A DNA stretch of 62,958 bases, filler included, from Octopus bimaculoides (lineage: Eukaryota), in assembly GCF_001194135.2 (NCBI RefSeq). It is 3 parts of 3 records of this genome, joined end to end, with 100 filler letters (N's around TTAATTAATTAA, not from the genome) between each part and the next. Parts side by side here need not be neighbours in the genome. Positions count along the whole stretch, not along the records: positions 1 to 31,136 come from NC_069005.1; 2 more parts are not named here. One strand, given 5' to 3'. This document shows positions 11,948-23,508 of this stretch, in pieces (position 1 is the first letter of the stretch; each line of letters starts with the position of its first letter). A model generated the notes under the pieces. That model saw only the letters and a list, made by a program, of their open reading frames with translations, was not told the DNA's origin and made no database searches. The translations under genes were made by a program, and so were the position numbers.

Positions 11948-12812
11948 NNNNNNNNNNNNNNNNNNNNNNNNNNNNNNNNNNNNNNNNNNNNNNNNNNNNN
12001 NNNNNNNNNNNNNNNNNNNNNNNNNNNNNNNNNNNNNNNNNNNNNNNNNNNNNNNNNNNNNNNNNNNNNNNNNNNNNNNNNNNNNNNNNNNNNNNNNNNN
12101 NNNNNNNNNNNNNNNNNNNNNNNNNNNNNNNNNNNNNNNNNNNNNNNNNNNNNNNNNNNNNNNNNNNNNNNNNNNNNNNNNNNNNNNNNNNNNNNNNNNN
12201 NNNNNNNNNNNNNNNNNNNNNNNNNNNNNNNNNNNNNNNNNNNNNNNNNNNNNNNNNNNNNNNNNNNNNNNNNNNNNNNNNNNNNNNNNNNNNNNNNNNN
12301 NNNNNNNNNNNNNNNNNNNNNNNNNNNNNNNNNNNNNNNNNNNNNNNNNNNNNNNNNNNNNNNNNNNNNNNNNNNNNNNNNNNNNNNNNNNNNNNNNNNN
12401 NNNNNNNNNNNNNNNNNNNNNNNNNNNNNNNNNNNNNNNNNNNNNNNNNNATATATATATATATACAAAAGTACCTATGAATTATATATGTATATACAAA
12501 TATATGTGTGTGTGTATGTGTGCCTATTACAGCATACGCAACTGTCACGCAAATATACATACGTACATGTATGTATATATGTATGTATGTGTGTATATAT
12601 TTGTGTATATATGTATGTATATATATATATATATATATATACATGCACACACATATCTATATACGCTCACACAAACATATATGTATATGCAAGCACACAT
12701 GCACACGCATGCACACGCATGCACACGCACACACACACATACGTGTATATCTGTTTAATTATCTGTGTACAGATAAATCTGTGTCTGTGTGTATGTGTGT
12801 ATCTATTTGTCG

Positions 12813-12849
<37 letters not shown>

Positions 12850-13664
12850 TGTATTCATAAGTTCAGAAATATATGTACGCCTGTTCTATAAACTCCATAA
12901 TATGTGTGTGTGCGTGCGTGTGTGTGTATGCGCACGTGTGTGTCTATGTGTCTATTTGTGTATACACACTCACACACGCAGACACACGCAGACACACGCA
13001 TATATATATATGCCTTACTTTCTTGTATGAATACGTCGCGTTCTCTAAAACCTAATGGACATGACTGCTAGAAGCCGACAGAAGACACGGAATACTTTTG
13101 GCCGTGTGTTTGTTATGTGTTTGAACATAACCTTGTGGTAGTGCGACCTCTTGTGAGACCATGTCTCTGTGTATGTGTGCCTGCGTGTGTGCGTACTAAA
13201 CGTATTCATATTTGCGTGTATGTGTGTGTGTGTGTATGTGTGTGTCTGCTTCGTACTGTTACTGTTTGTGTATACAGCATTAATATGAACGCTGAAAAAG
13301 TTCCCTTCATAAGCGAGGGTGGACGGATTTTGATACGTTGCTAGTCTGTAGTGTGTCGTCTATATGTTTTCGTTTGTATTTATGTATATGCGTGTGCGTA
13401 TGAGACATTTGTGTGCGTGTGCGTTTGTGTGTGTAGTCTCTGTGTGTCTATATGAAGTGATGTAGAGTGTGGGGGGGGGGTAAAATCCATTTATCATAAG
13501 CTAAAACCGAAATCCGTCATCAAAAGACAGTTTTTGAAAGCTTTTGTTTCGAAAATGAAAATCTTTTGTTGCAAAGAATAGAAACAGATGAGAGCCAACA
13601 GGAAGCAAAACAGAAGGCGAGTTCTGCAGTATTTCACTACTTTGACCGACATAATCGGAATCAC

Positions 13665-13695
<31 letters not shown>

Positions 13696-13708
13696 TGTAC
13701 TATTATTT

Positions 13709-13749
<41 letters not shown>

Positions 13750-13953
13750 TGCTGGAATCGAAGGGAACGAAAAACAACGTCTAGCTCTCACTTGGACGGT
13801 CAAAGTGAAATTTTGCTCTGTAAGTGCAGTTAACTTAAAACCAAGATCAGACTGAGTTTTTTTTTTCTTGTGTGTTGTTGCTGCTGTAGATGGTGGTGGT
13901 GGTGATGGTGGATGGGATGAACAATGGAATAAAATTGGAACGGAGCAGCTTAC

Positions 13954-14057
13954 GTCTTCGGGTTTTTGTGCAAGAACTAGAATGTTGCTTAGATGGAGTT
14001 GAAGTTTGATGTTCTTGTTTGTGTTGATGCTGTCGTTGTCGTTGGAGGAGAATTTGC
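13954..14057 (-). CDS. Weak candidate exon (coding status unknown)
   Basis: Minus strand has a polypyrimidine tract TTTTTTTTCTGCTTTTGAAAG| and donor |GTAAGC. The 104-nt segment is open in two frames (e.g. KFSSNDNDSINTNKNIKLQLHLSNILVLAQKPED). No homology recognised. Confidence 0.2.
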
Positions 14058-14223
14058 CTTTCAAAAGCAGAAAAAAAACAAATTATATATTATGGAAGAA
14101 TGGCGAAGTCTGGAAGTTATACAGAGAAAATATTGTCATTATTGCTATTAACTCGTCATCTTAATATCACAATACCCTCGTTAAGATGCATGTGTGTATG
14201 CGTGTGCGTATGTATATATGTAT

Positions 14224-14278
<55 letters not shown>

Positions 14279-14804
14279 GAGAGAGATAGAGAAAGAGAGA
14301 GAGGGATACGTTAGTATATATATATATATATATATATACTAACGTATCTATATGCATAAATTTACAGATATATATGGAGACAGGCGTGCAGATAAACATG
14401 ACTTAACGGGATATATATATAAATATATTTATATGTATAAATATATTTATATTTACATATACACATATGTATAAGCGTATAGATATTTATATATAAAGAC
14501 AGACAAATGCATAGAGCATATGAAGTATGGAATAATAAAGAATGAATAGCTTTTTAACTCGCCTGCTGTTTCTGGAAAATCGAAATTACGTAATAATCGC
14601 AAAGTTCATCTCTATCTCTCACCCTTTGACTGAAGATACACATATATATACACACACAAACACACATACACACAGATATATATATATATATATATATTTA
14701 CAGAAGACAAGTTGAGAGAGGTAGAGACAAAAAGAGTACACTACGTACTCACAAATATACGTATTTGTGGAAACGAAATGAAAGAGTGCTTAAATCGTAA
14801 TCTT

Positions 14805-15029
14805 TTTTACTCCAGGAACAAGACCCAAAATTTTCGGGGAGGGGACCAGTCGATTACACCGATCCCAGTACGCAACTGCTATTTAATTATCGACTTAATT
14901 TATCGACCCTGAAAGGATGAAAGACAAAGTCGTCCTCGGCAGAATTTGAACTCGGAACGTAAAGACAGACGAAATACCGCTAAGCATTTAGCTCGAGCGT
15001 GCTAACGTTTCTGCCAGCTCGCCGCCTTG
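14805..15029 (-). mobile_element. SINE family B, full length
   Basis: Ends in CTGCCAGCTCGCCGCCTT, the reverse complement of the head. It carries a small internal duplication AATTATCGAC. Confidence 0.9.
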
Positions 15030-15604
15030 AGTATTTAAATCATAATATAAAGTCTATAGTTATAGGTTAATAGCTGTCTGATTGCATCTATTGTTACTCG
15101 GAGCTCGACACAACTGATACAACTTAAATTGAATGTGCGAACGAGCAAAAAATATAGTTAGAAAATGAACCAGAATTCATCATTTTTCTGTAAATATTGC
15201 CAGATTATTCACAATGTATAATTTATTTATGTGAGCCTTTGAGTGCTCCACCAATTATAAAAAATAAAATACTAACACACACACACAAACACATGCACAG
15301 AGTGTTCGGACTAAATTTGACAGTTTGCATAAAAGGAAGGGAACACACAGTATGACTGTTCGACGTTACTAACGCTTTAACCCCAGGCAGATCGTCTGCC
15401 AGCTGGTTATCCGTGCAACCTGCACTCTGTATAGAGTGCAAGCAGGGGAGCAAACTCCTACCATCCTGGAGCAGACGGCGGGATCACGAGACAGAACGGT
15501 CTCAGGCTACTTGTGCACATTTTTAGTCGTGAACACCCGACTGCTAGAAATAGCAGGGATTCGCTCCTGCTCGCAATATATAGAAAACTAAGCGACCATC
15601 GGTC

Positions 15605-15829
15605 ACTGATTTTGCAACAAACTAAATAGCTTGCTAAAAAAAATCCCAATAAGAAATGAAAGTAGTAAGAAGTAATATTTATCGCCACATCAATATGGCT
15701 GGGGTTAAAACGGTTGTAACGTCGACCAGCCATTGATGTGGCGATAAATATTATTTCTTAGTATGGTTACTACTTTCATCTCTTCTTGAAATTTTTCTAA
15801 CTAGTTACTTTGCTTGTTGGAAACACAGT
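15605..15829. repeat. Long imperfect palindrome (foldback) with near-perfect core 15674-15752
   Basis: AATATTTATCGCCACATCAAT(AT)GGCTGG pairs with CCAGCCATTGATGTGGCGATAAATATT around a 23-nt loop. The outer arms are more diverged. Confidence 0.85.
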
Positions 15830-15892
15830 ATCTGATCCAAAAATAAATGTATTTTAAAAGCTCAAAAAATATCACCTAGATTATGATATCAA

Positions 15893-16070
15893 ATATTCTT
15901 TTCTACTCTAGGCACAAGGTCCGAAATTTTGGGGGAGAGGGCCGATCGATTAGATCGATCCAGTACGCAACTGTTACTTAATTTATCGATCCCGAAAGGA
16001 TGAAAGGCAAAGTCAACCTCGGCGGAATTTGAACTCAGAACGTAAAGACAGAATTTGAACTCAGAACGTA
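15893..16070 (-). mobile_element. SINE family B lacking head, with duplicated GAATTTGAACTCAGAACGTAAA
   Basis: Reverse-complement match to the B body and tail. Confidence 0.9.
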
Positions 16071-16156
16071 AATACTGTCCATGGTTACCATGGACAGTAT
16101 TTTTAAACAGACCGCCATAACAGTATGTCTGGTGTAAGCATATCATCTATTTACAG

Positions 16157-16296
16157 GAACTTTCGTGAAAAATACGATCTGGAATTCTGCTATCTTCATG
16201 AAAGGTTCTGCTGATGTACCAAGATATCGAAAACTGTTTATTTATAACGGAGGATTCTACGCACTTGAAAATTTGATAAAGTGGATTGAAATGAAT
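16157..16296 (+). CDS. Candidate host exon (140 nt), product unknown
   Basis: Acceptor CATCTATTTACAG|, open frame (G)TFVKNTIWNSAIFMKGSADVPRYRKLFIYNGGFYALENLIKWIEMN, weak donor |GTAGGA. The C-terminal YNG..L.NLIKWI is loosely thioredoxin-fold-like (impression only). Confidence 0.3.
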
Positions 16297-18112
16297 GTAG
16301 GAAGAGAGGGAGGGATTTCTTTTTTTCCTTTTTTATTTTTCTCCTTCATGCTTATAAGCACAACTAGTATCAGATAGATTTGTGTTTTCTGTGGCTTATT
16401 AACTGTCATCTAATTCTTTCCTTGTTTATAAGCATAACCTGCCATTTAGTATCAAGGAATTATCTGTCTTATATCTGTCTGTCTCTGTGCGTGCGGACGC
16501 ACGTGGTAAATATCATATAACCACTATGAAACCATTTTATGGTCAGCTGCTGGAAAGTGACGAACAAAACGACTACAAAGTACCTTTAACACAGAAATTG
16601 TTCACAAGCCTATAATTCATTATAATTTCTAAAAGAAAAAAAAAAACTTTCCTTTTCTTCAATGCATTTTCTTTTCCTTTTCTTTTTTCGATTCATTCTT
16701 CTTCCTGACCGGTCACCGCAAACCAGAGTTTGTTTTGTTTTGTTTGGCTTGTAATATGTAAATGTAACCATTTAACACGCCCAACTCGATATACGTATAA
16801 ATTATCGTTAACTCAAGTTTCCGCAATAAATAATTTTTTATGGGTGATTCCAAAATCATTGAGCTTCGATTTTGTGTCTATAGCACTTCATTTATCAATG
16901 GTTGCATACAGTATTATTGCATAATAATATAGAAATGCTCTTCAGATTGATTTTCGATGAAACAATTGTAAATCAATGAAATAAATGGACTTCCTCTCTC
17001 CATTCTCCTTGCTTATAGATGTAAATGCAGTTGCAGGCATGTGTTTGATATATAAGTAAAAGCAATCTCCGCATCATCATGTCAGATATCTTGGCCGAGG
17101 ATGACCTTAATAGGGTAAACTTCAAGGTCAGCACACAGAATGAAAATTACTATCTTTTATAGTTTGCTTGTTTCAGTTATTAGACTGCAACCATAATAGG
17201 GCACCGCCTTGAAGAAGTTTTATTCGAATAAAATGATCCCTGCTCTTTTGCCGTAGCACCAATTTATGCCTCCCACCCTCACACACACATTTGTATGAGT
17301 GTGTGTGTGGCGGGGGTGGGGGTGGGGGGTGGCAAGCCTCTTTTAATTCCCGAATAGCAGATCCAGTCATTAGGCTTTAATCGGCACGAGGTTTTAGTAG
17401 AAAATACCAAGGCTGTGGGACTGAAACCGTAAACATATGGCTGGTAAACAAATTCCTTACCACACAGCATATATATATATATATATATATATATANNNNN
17501 NNNNNNNNNNNNNNNNNNNNNNNNNNNNNNNNNNNNNNNNNNNNATAATTTAGAGAAAAGAACCAAAGTTCATGAACTCATCCATGAAAATCCACAGTCA
17601 CAATTAGAGAAAACTAACAAGTAAATACACTATAAAGAAGTATAATAAAATACAAGGTGAAAATCATAAAATAATAATAATAAAACGACTACACGTGTTT
17701 CATAACCAAATTTTCAAATAGAGTAAACTATAATCAAATCGATTAAATCGATCGAAAAACAATTCTATTCAAAAATATACCTAATCTTCAGGTTAAAATA
17801 CAACAACAATAATAATAAAATGAATGTATATATGAACCAACATTAAATAACAAATGAATATATATATAAATACTTATTGTATCAAGATAGAAAAATGTTA
17901 AACAATATTATTAAAAAGGAATGTAATATTAATCTTATCGAAAATTATAAACGTGACATTATTAACTTTACGTTTATTATAATATAAACTAACAGAAATA
18001 TTAAATGCAAATCTTATCATAATGAATCTTCACGTTTAAAATACAATTTAAACGAAGTTTTAGGTTAATCTAAAATTATAAATGTAATATAAATAACTTT
18101 AATTTTAATATA

Positions 18113-18316
18113 TGATGTACCTTATATGATGTGCCTTGTATGATATACCTTAAATGTGTACCTTATATGTGTGCTTTATATGTGTACCTTATATGTCTGC
18201 CTTATATATGCACCTTATGATGCACATATAATGTGCACCTTATATATGTGCTTTATGTGTGCATCTTATGTGTACTCCATATATAATGTGTACCTTATAA
18301 GTGTACCTTATATGAT
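18113..18316. repeat. Degenerate ~14-16-bp minisatellite (GTACCTTATATGT-like)
   Basis: CCTTAT/CTTTAT motif recurs about 13 times. Confidence 0.8.
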
Positions 18317-19375
18317 GCATGAATGAAAGGAAAATATATCCTGCGTATTACATGTGATAACCAGGAGAGGCAAAGGTTTAGCGCAATTACTAAGGCAATT
18401 GGTAGGGTCAATCGGCAGGGAAAAGCGTGACACAGCTGGCTCTTTGAATCTCGGACGCAATTCATCTGGTGAAATTCCGTACTGTTTCTCTTCATTAAAT
18501 TCTTCACAAAGAATGTTCGCAACATTGGGATGGAAATCGAGACCAGGTGATTGCGAAGCAAACACGTTAATCCCTTAACCTCTTAACCAAACCAGTTTTA
18601 CGTGATTAATATCTACATATATGGAAATACACAAACACACACACACAGGTAGATAAATAGATACATACACAAACATACATACAGGACACATAGACATACA
18701 TGTCCATTCATACATGCAAGTATGCATGTATACATGTGTAGACATATACACACATGTATACATTCATTGACACTTCCGTACGTACATGAATATAGGCTTT
18801 ATATATGTGTATATGTATATGTATGTGTGTGTATATATATATATATATATACATACACACATATATATATATGCATATACGCATATGTGTATATACTTAT
18901 ATATATATATNNNNNNNNNNNNNNNNNNNNNNNNNNNNNNNNNNNNNNNNNNNNNNNNNNNNNNNNNNNNNNNNNNNNNNNNNNNNNNNNNNNNNNNNNN
19001 NNNNNNNNNNNNNNNNNNNNNNNNNNNNNNNNNNNNNNNNNNNNNNNNNNNNNNNNNNNNNNNNNNNNNNNNNNNNNNNNNNNNNNNNNNCATACATACG
19101 TACGTACATGCACATACATACATACGTACATACATACATACAGGCATACATACGTACATACATACATACATACATACATACACACATACCTATGCTTGTC
19201 CTTTCGGTCCTATTAAACTGATTTCAATGTATTTGCCGACTGATCATTTGGCGACATCTTTTGGCGACAGCAATGAAGATAGTGGCCATTCTTTATTGTA
19301 TTGGAGACTGGGGTCAGATGACATAGGTGAAGATAACTAAAATGATAAATATACTTTAAGATTCGTGCAACCATC

Positions 19376-19394
19376 TGCGCCACCTAGTGGCAAA
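19376..19394 (-). promoter_or_regulatory. CTCF-like motif
   Basis: Minus strand TTTGCCACTAGGTGGCGCA matches the CCACYAGRKGGCRC core. Confidence 0.4.
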
Positions 19395-19664
19395 AAGCTC
19401 AATTAACTAAAAGCTCGCCTGTCAACTTTGTCGAGCTGTCAGCCTCCTGATTCTACGATAGATCAAACTTGCCTCGTACGCTTGTCATTAAATGTGACGC
19501 TGGAGTGGTAGTAAGAGTTAAAGATTTAGAAAGGATTTGAGATAAGGGTAGAAGTAAGAGGAAAGATATTAAGATCAGGAGAACGAGATAAAATGTGGGT
19601 TGCGTGGGGTGAGGTGTTTGAAAGACTGAAACATAAAAGAACATCAAATCTGTCCATCGCAACG

Positions 19665-20055
19665 GCGACGATGATGAAGATGACGATGATGATGACGACG
19701 ACGACGATGACGATGACGACAGCAATGTCGTCGGTGGTGATGACGATGATGATGACGATGACAATGACTGATTGGGAGGATGATAATGACGGTGGTGACG
19801 TTAATGACGAGGTTGATGATGATGACGAAGATGATGATGGTGATCTTGATGAAGGTGAAGATGAAGACGACGACGACGATGACCACGACGGTGATGATGA
19901 TGAAAGGAAAAGTGCAGATGAGAGCAGAAGCATCAAGAATGAAAGAGAGGTGAAGCAAGAAAGCAAGGAAGAAGAAGAAGAAGAAGAAGAAGACGTAGAC
20001 GAAGAAGGAGGAGGTGGAGGATCGGGAAAAGTTACTGCTGTCGCAATTGATTTTA

Positions 20056-20086
<31 letters not shown>

Positions 20087-20171
20087 CGACGATTGTGACG
20101 TTGACAGCGATAATGACGATGATTATGATGACTAAGATGAAGATATAGGAGTAAGACAAGGCAGAAAGATG

Positions 20172-20202
<31 letters not shown>

Positions 20203-20460
20203 GCGAAAAATATTTAAGATACAAAATTATTAATAAGAAAGAAAGAAAGAAAGAAAAAAGAAAGAAAGAAAGAAAAGCTAAAACTAAAACTAAAAAAATT
20301 GTAGTAAAGTGAAGTTCTACAACTCTGTCACCACCACCACGACCACCACTGCTAACAACACCAACAATAATAACAACAATAATAATAACAATACTACTAA
20401 TAATGATGATGATAATAATATTGATAATAATAATAATGGTGGAGGTGGTGGTGGCGGTGA

Positions 20461-20500
<40 letters not shown>

Positions 20501-20760
20501 GGTAGTAGTAGAACAACTTTAATAATAATAATAATAATAATAATGGTAATAATAATAATGATAATAATAATAATGGTAATAATAATAATGATAATAATAA
20601 TAACAAAATTAATAATAATAATAAGTCAACCAAGAATACTACCACCATCACTGCCACCACCCCCAACAACAACGACAACAACTCCAACATCAGCATCAAA
20701 TATTACTTCAACCGATACCATCATCACCATCACCAGGATCAGCATCAACAATGATTGCTT
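19665..20760. repeat. Trinucleotide microsatellite field (GAT/GAC/GAA/CAA/AAT/TAG/CAC)
   Basis: Direct reading; it yields poly-D/E/N/I pseudo-ORFs in all frames. Confidence 0.85.
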
Positions 20761-21297
20761 CGAAGTGCGTTAGTGTTTCTGCGAAAATTACTATAATAGC
20801 TAATCCACAGAATGAAATTGCGAGTCCATTATTGTTGAAAGCCATGACATGAAGTTAATGTCGAAAATTACAGAAAGTTAAGTTGGCTTACGTGTTTGCG
20901 AAGTGAAAACTGTGATTTCCTACAGCGTGTTGTTTGCTATAGAGTCAGACAAAGGCTAAACACGCGTTGCTAGTTATTTGGGAGGAAAAATAATCTTGTT
21001 TGTATATTAAACTGGTTTTCCTGTGCCGTCAACAATGGCGGCTAATTTTCAATTTAGAAGACGAAGAAAGGTGTATGTACAAGCATGTGTATGTGGCTGT
21101 GTGGCTGTGTGAGTGTTTATGTGTCTATGTGGTGTGTATATATATATGTATATATGAGTCCGTTTATTTTGTATGTGATTGAGTGTGTCTGTGTTATTGC
21201 GGTGAGATAAACTGAAGCTAGATACGAACGTTCCATTTCGTAAGTAGTCATTTCGGCTCATCAAAGCTGAATAATAAATGCTTTCTCATTTCGGCTC

Positions 21298-21850
21298 AGG
21301 CATTGCTGTGAGGTTAATAAAACTCGTTTCCCAACTGCATGGTCTCGGATCCAGTCCTACTGCGTGGTACTTCGAGCAAGTGTCTTCATAGTGTAGCCTC
21401 TGGCCGACTAAAGCGTATGTATGTATACATGTATGTATGTATGTATGTATAAAGTGTATGGACAAATTATTGTCACGACTGAGGAAACTGAAAGAAGCCC
21501 GTCGTGTGTAAATGTGGAGTAGATAAAAGTGGGGGGGGGACTGTTGAAGGGAATGTTCTTTATGTTGCTTGTCTCGTTTCTCTATTTGTTTCTTTCCTTG
21601 TTCGAAAAAAAAGTTCGTTTTTTATGTTCTCGTTTCTCATTTTGTTGACGTGTTTTTATGTCCTGTACACATATATGCATGTATATATACATATATATGT
21701 AGGNNNNNNNNNNTCTTTCCTTGTTCGAAAAAAAAGTTCGTTTTTTATGTTCTCGTTTCTCATTTTGTTGACGTGTTTTTATGTCCTGTACACATATATG
21801 CATGTATATATACATATATATGTAGGTATGTACATATATGTATTTATATA

Positions 21851-21893
<43 letters not shown>

Positions 21894-22005
21894 GGGGTAC
21901 CTTTATGTCTGTGGTGGGCCCCACCACCGCTTGACAATCGATACTTGTTTGTTTAACTCCCAGTAATCTAGCGGTTCGGCAGAAGGATCCGATTGAATAA
22001 GTACT
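21298..22005 (+). mobile_element. SINE family A, diverged and interrupted (5' half 21298-21504, 3' piece 21905-22005)
   Basis: Head/CORE-like region and GGAAACTGAAAGAAGCCCGTCG, later CACCGCTTGACAA..GAATAAGTAC. Confidence 0.7.
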
Positions 22006-22950
22006 TGAGAACGTGGTATGCAGCCAGTTGAATTCTAATCCCACCAAGCCCATAGTTACCGCTGATCCTTTCGGAGCCAATACAAGAAATTACCAGCTCA
22101 AAGGAAAAAATTTAGAAGGATTGTCAAAGCATTGGTGAAGACGCCTTGTTGGTATAACTTTTGTTTCTTCACTTACTGAGTTCTTGGTGTTCCTACTTAA
22201 TGCGTCTCCCGGTTTTGGGGTCAATACCTGGTCTACGGGTATACGGAGGGGAGCCCAGTCTGTTTAATATAGCCGAGGCAGGTCTCTAAATTGAGAACAA
22301 CATCCCCTCAATGTCACCACTAATTTCGGAAGACGTAGAAATAAAACAGAGAGTCATATTAGGGCAGCACTTTATTCCGGGAACAAACAGTGAAAACAAA
22401 AGAGAAGTATAAGTTTTTGTAACCTAACGTTATGGTAGACGGCAAGAGGAGACAACTTGTCTGTGAGCCAGAAATTGTAGTATTTTTCAATGTCGTATTT
22501 TATCATACGGTTCATCAACATAAAACATTTGGTTGTTATTTCTCATTTTATTCACCTCGACACCAGACTATTTATTCAACTCTACGAATTCTATAGACGC
22601 TATTTACTACAATAAACTGACATTCCTCACTTTCTATTGTGCATCATAATCATTTTCTGGGATGAAGCTTCGGACCTAAGTCGTGACAATAATTTGTCCA
22701 TACACTTTATGTATACATACATACATACCTATGTTTGTGCGTGTGTGTATACATATATATGTATATATGAATGTATGATGTGAGTGTGTATGTATAACCA
22801 TTCTTAGCCCTTTTAAACTGTCACATTTTGACATGCTTCGCGTTGTGGGTAGGTGCTCATGCGGAAAAATAATTTGGTTTGTATATTAAAGACTCTTCCT
22901 TTCTTTTTCTCTCTGTCTCCCACGCATACACACGCGCTCGTGCCCATATG

Positions 22951-22990
<40 letters not shown>

Positions 22991-23508
22991 NNNNNNNNNN
23001 NNNNNNNNNNNNNNNNNNNNNNNNNNNNNNNNNNNNNNNNNNNNNNNNNNNNNNNNNNNNNNNNNNNNNNNNNNNNNNNNNNNNNNNNNNNNNNNNNNNN
23101 NNNNNNNNNNNNNNNNNNNNNNNNNNNNNNNNNNNNNNNNNNNNNNNNNNNNNNNNNNNNNNNNNNNNNNNNNNNNNNNNNNNNNNNNNNNNNNNNNNNN
23201 NNNNNNNNNNNNNNNNNNNNNNNNNNNNNNNNNNNNNNNNNNNNNNNNNNNNNNNNNNNNNNNNNNNNNNNNNNNNNNNNNNNNNNNNNNNNNNNNNNNN
23301 NNNNNNNNNNNNNNNNNNNNNNNNNNNNNNNNNNNNNNNNNNNNNNNNNNNNNNNNNNNNNNNNNNNNNNNNNNNNNNNNNNNNNNNNNNNNNNNNNNNN
23401 NNNNNNNNNNNNNNNNNNNNNNNNNNNNNNNNNNNNNNNNNNNNNNNNNNNNNNNNNNNNNNNNNNNNNNNNNNNNNNNNNNNNNNNNNNNNNNNNNNNN
23501 NNNNNNNG

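Noticed and set aside
11851-12758. Long ORFs of 200-360 aa (also at 22853, 31939, 39133, 42347, 50642 and 52995)
   Set aside because: Their length comes from N gaps translated as X.
15541-15556. CTGCTAGAAATAG(C/T)AG shared with ~62325
   Set aside because: A 16-mer with one mismatch is expected by chance among all position pairs in 63 kb.
18295-18578. Three overlapping ORFs in a GC-richer patch
   Set aside because: No recognisable domain and weak splice signals in every frame. Left unannotated, though worth a BLASTx.
19593-20135. 180-aa acidic D/E-rich ORF
   Set aside because: It lies in a GAT/GAC/GAA trinucleotide field with no convincing splice sites or domain. An acidic low-complexity exon cannot be fully excluded.
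21594-21825. ~110-bp direct repeat across a 10-N gap (similarly 2976-3137)
   Set aside because: Identical sequence on both sides of a minimal gap is the typical unmerged contig-overlap artefact.
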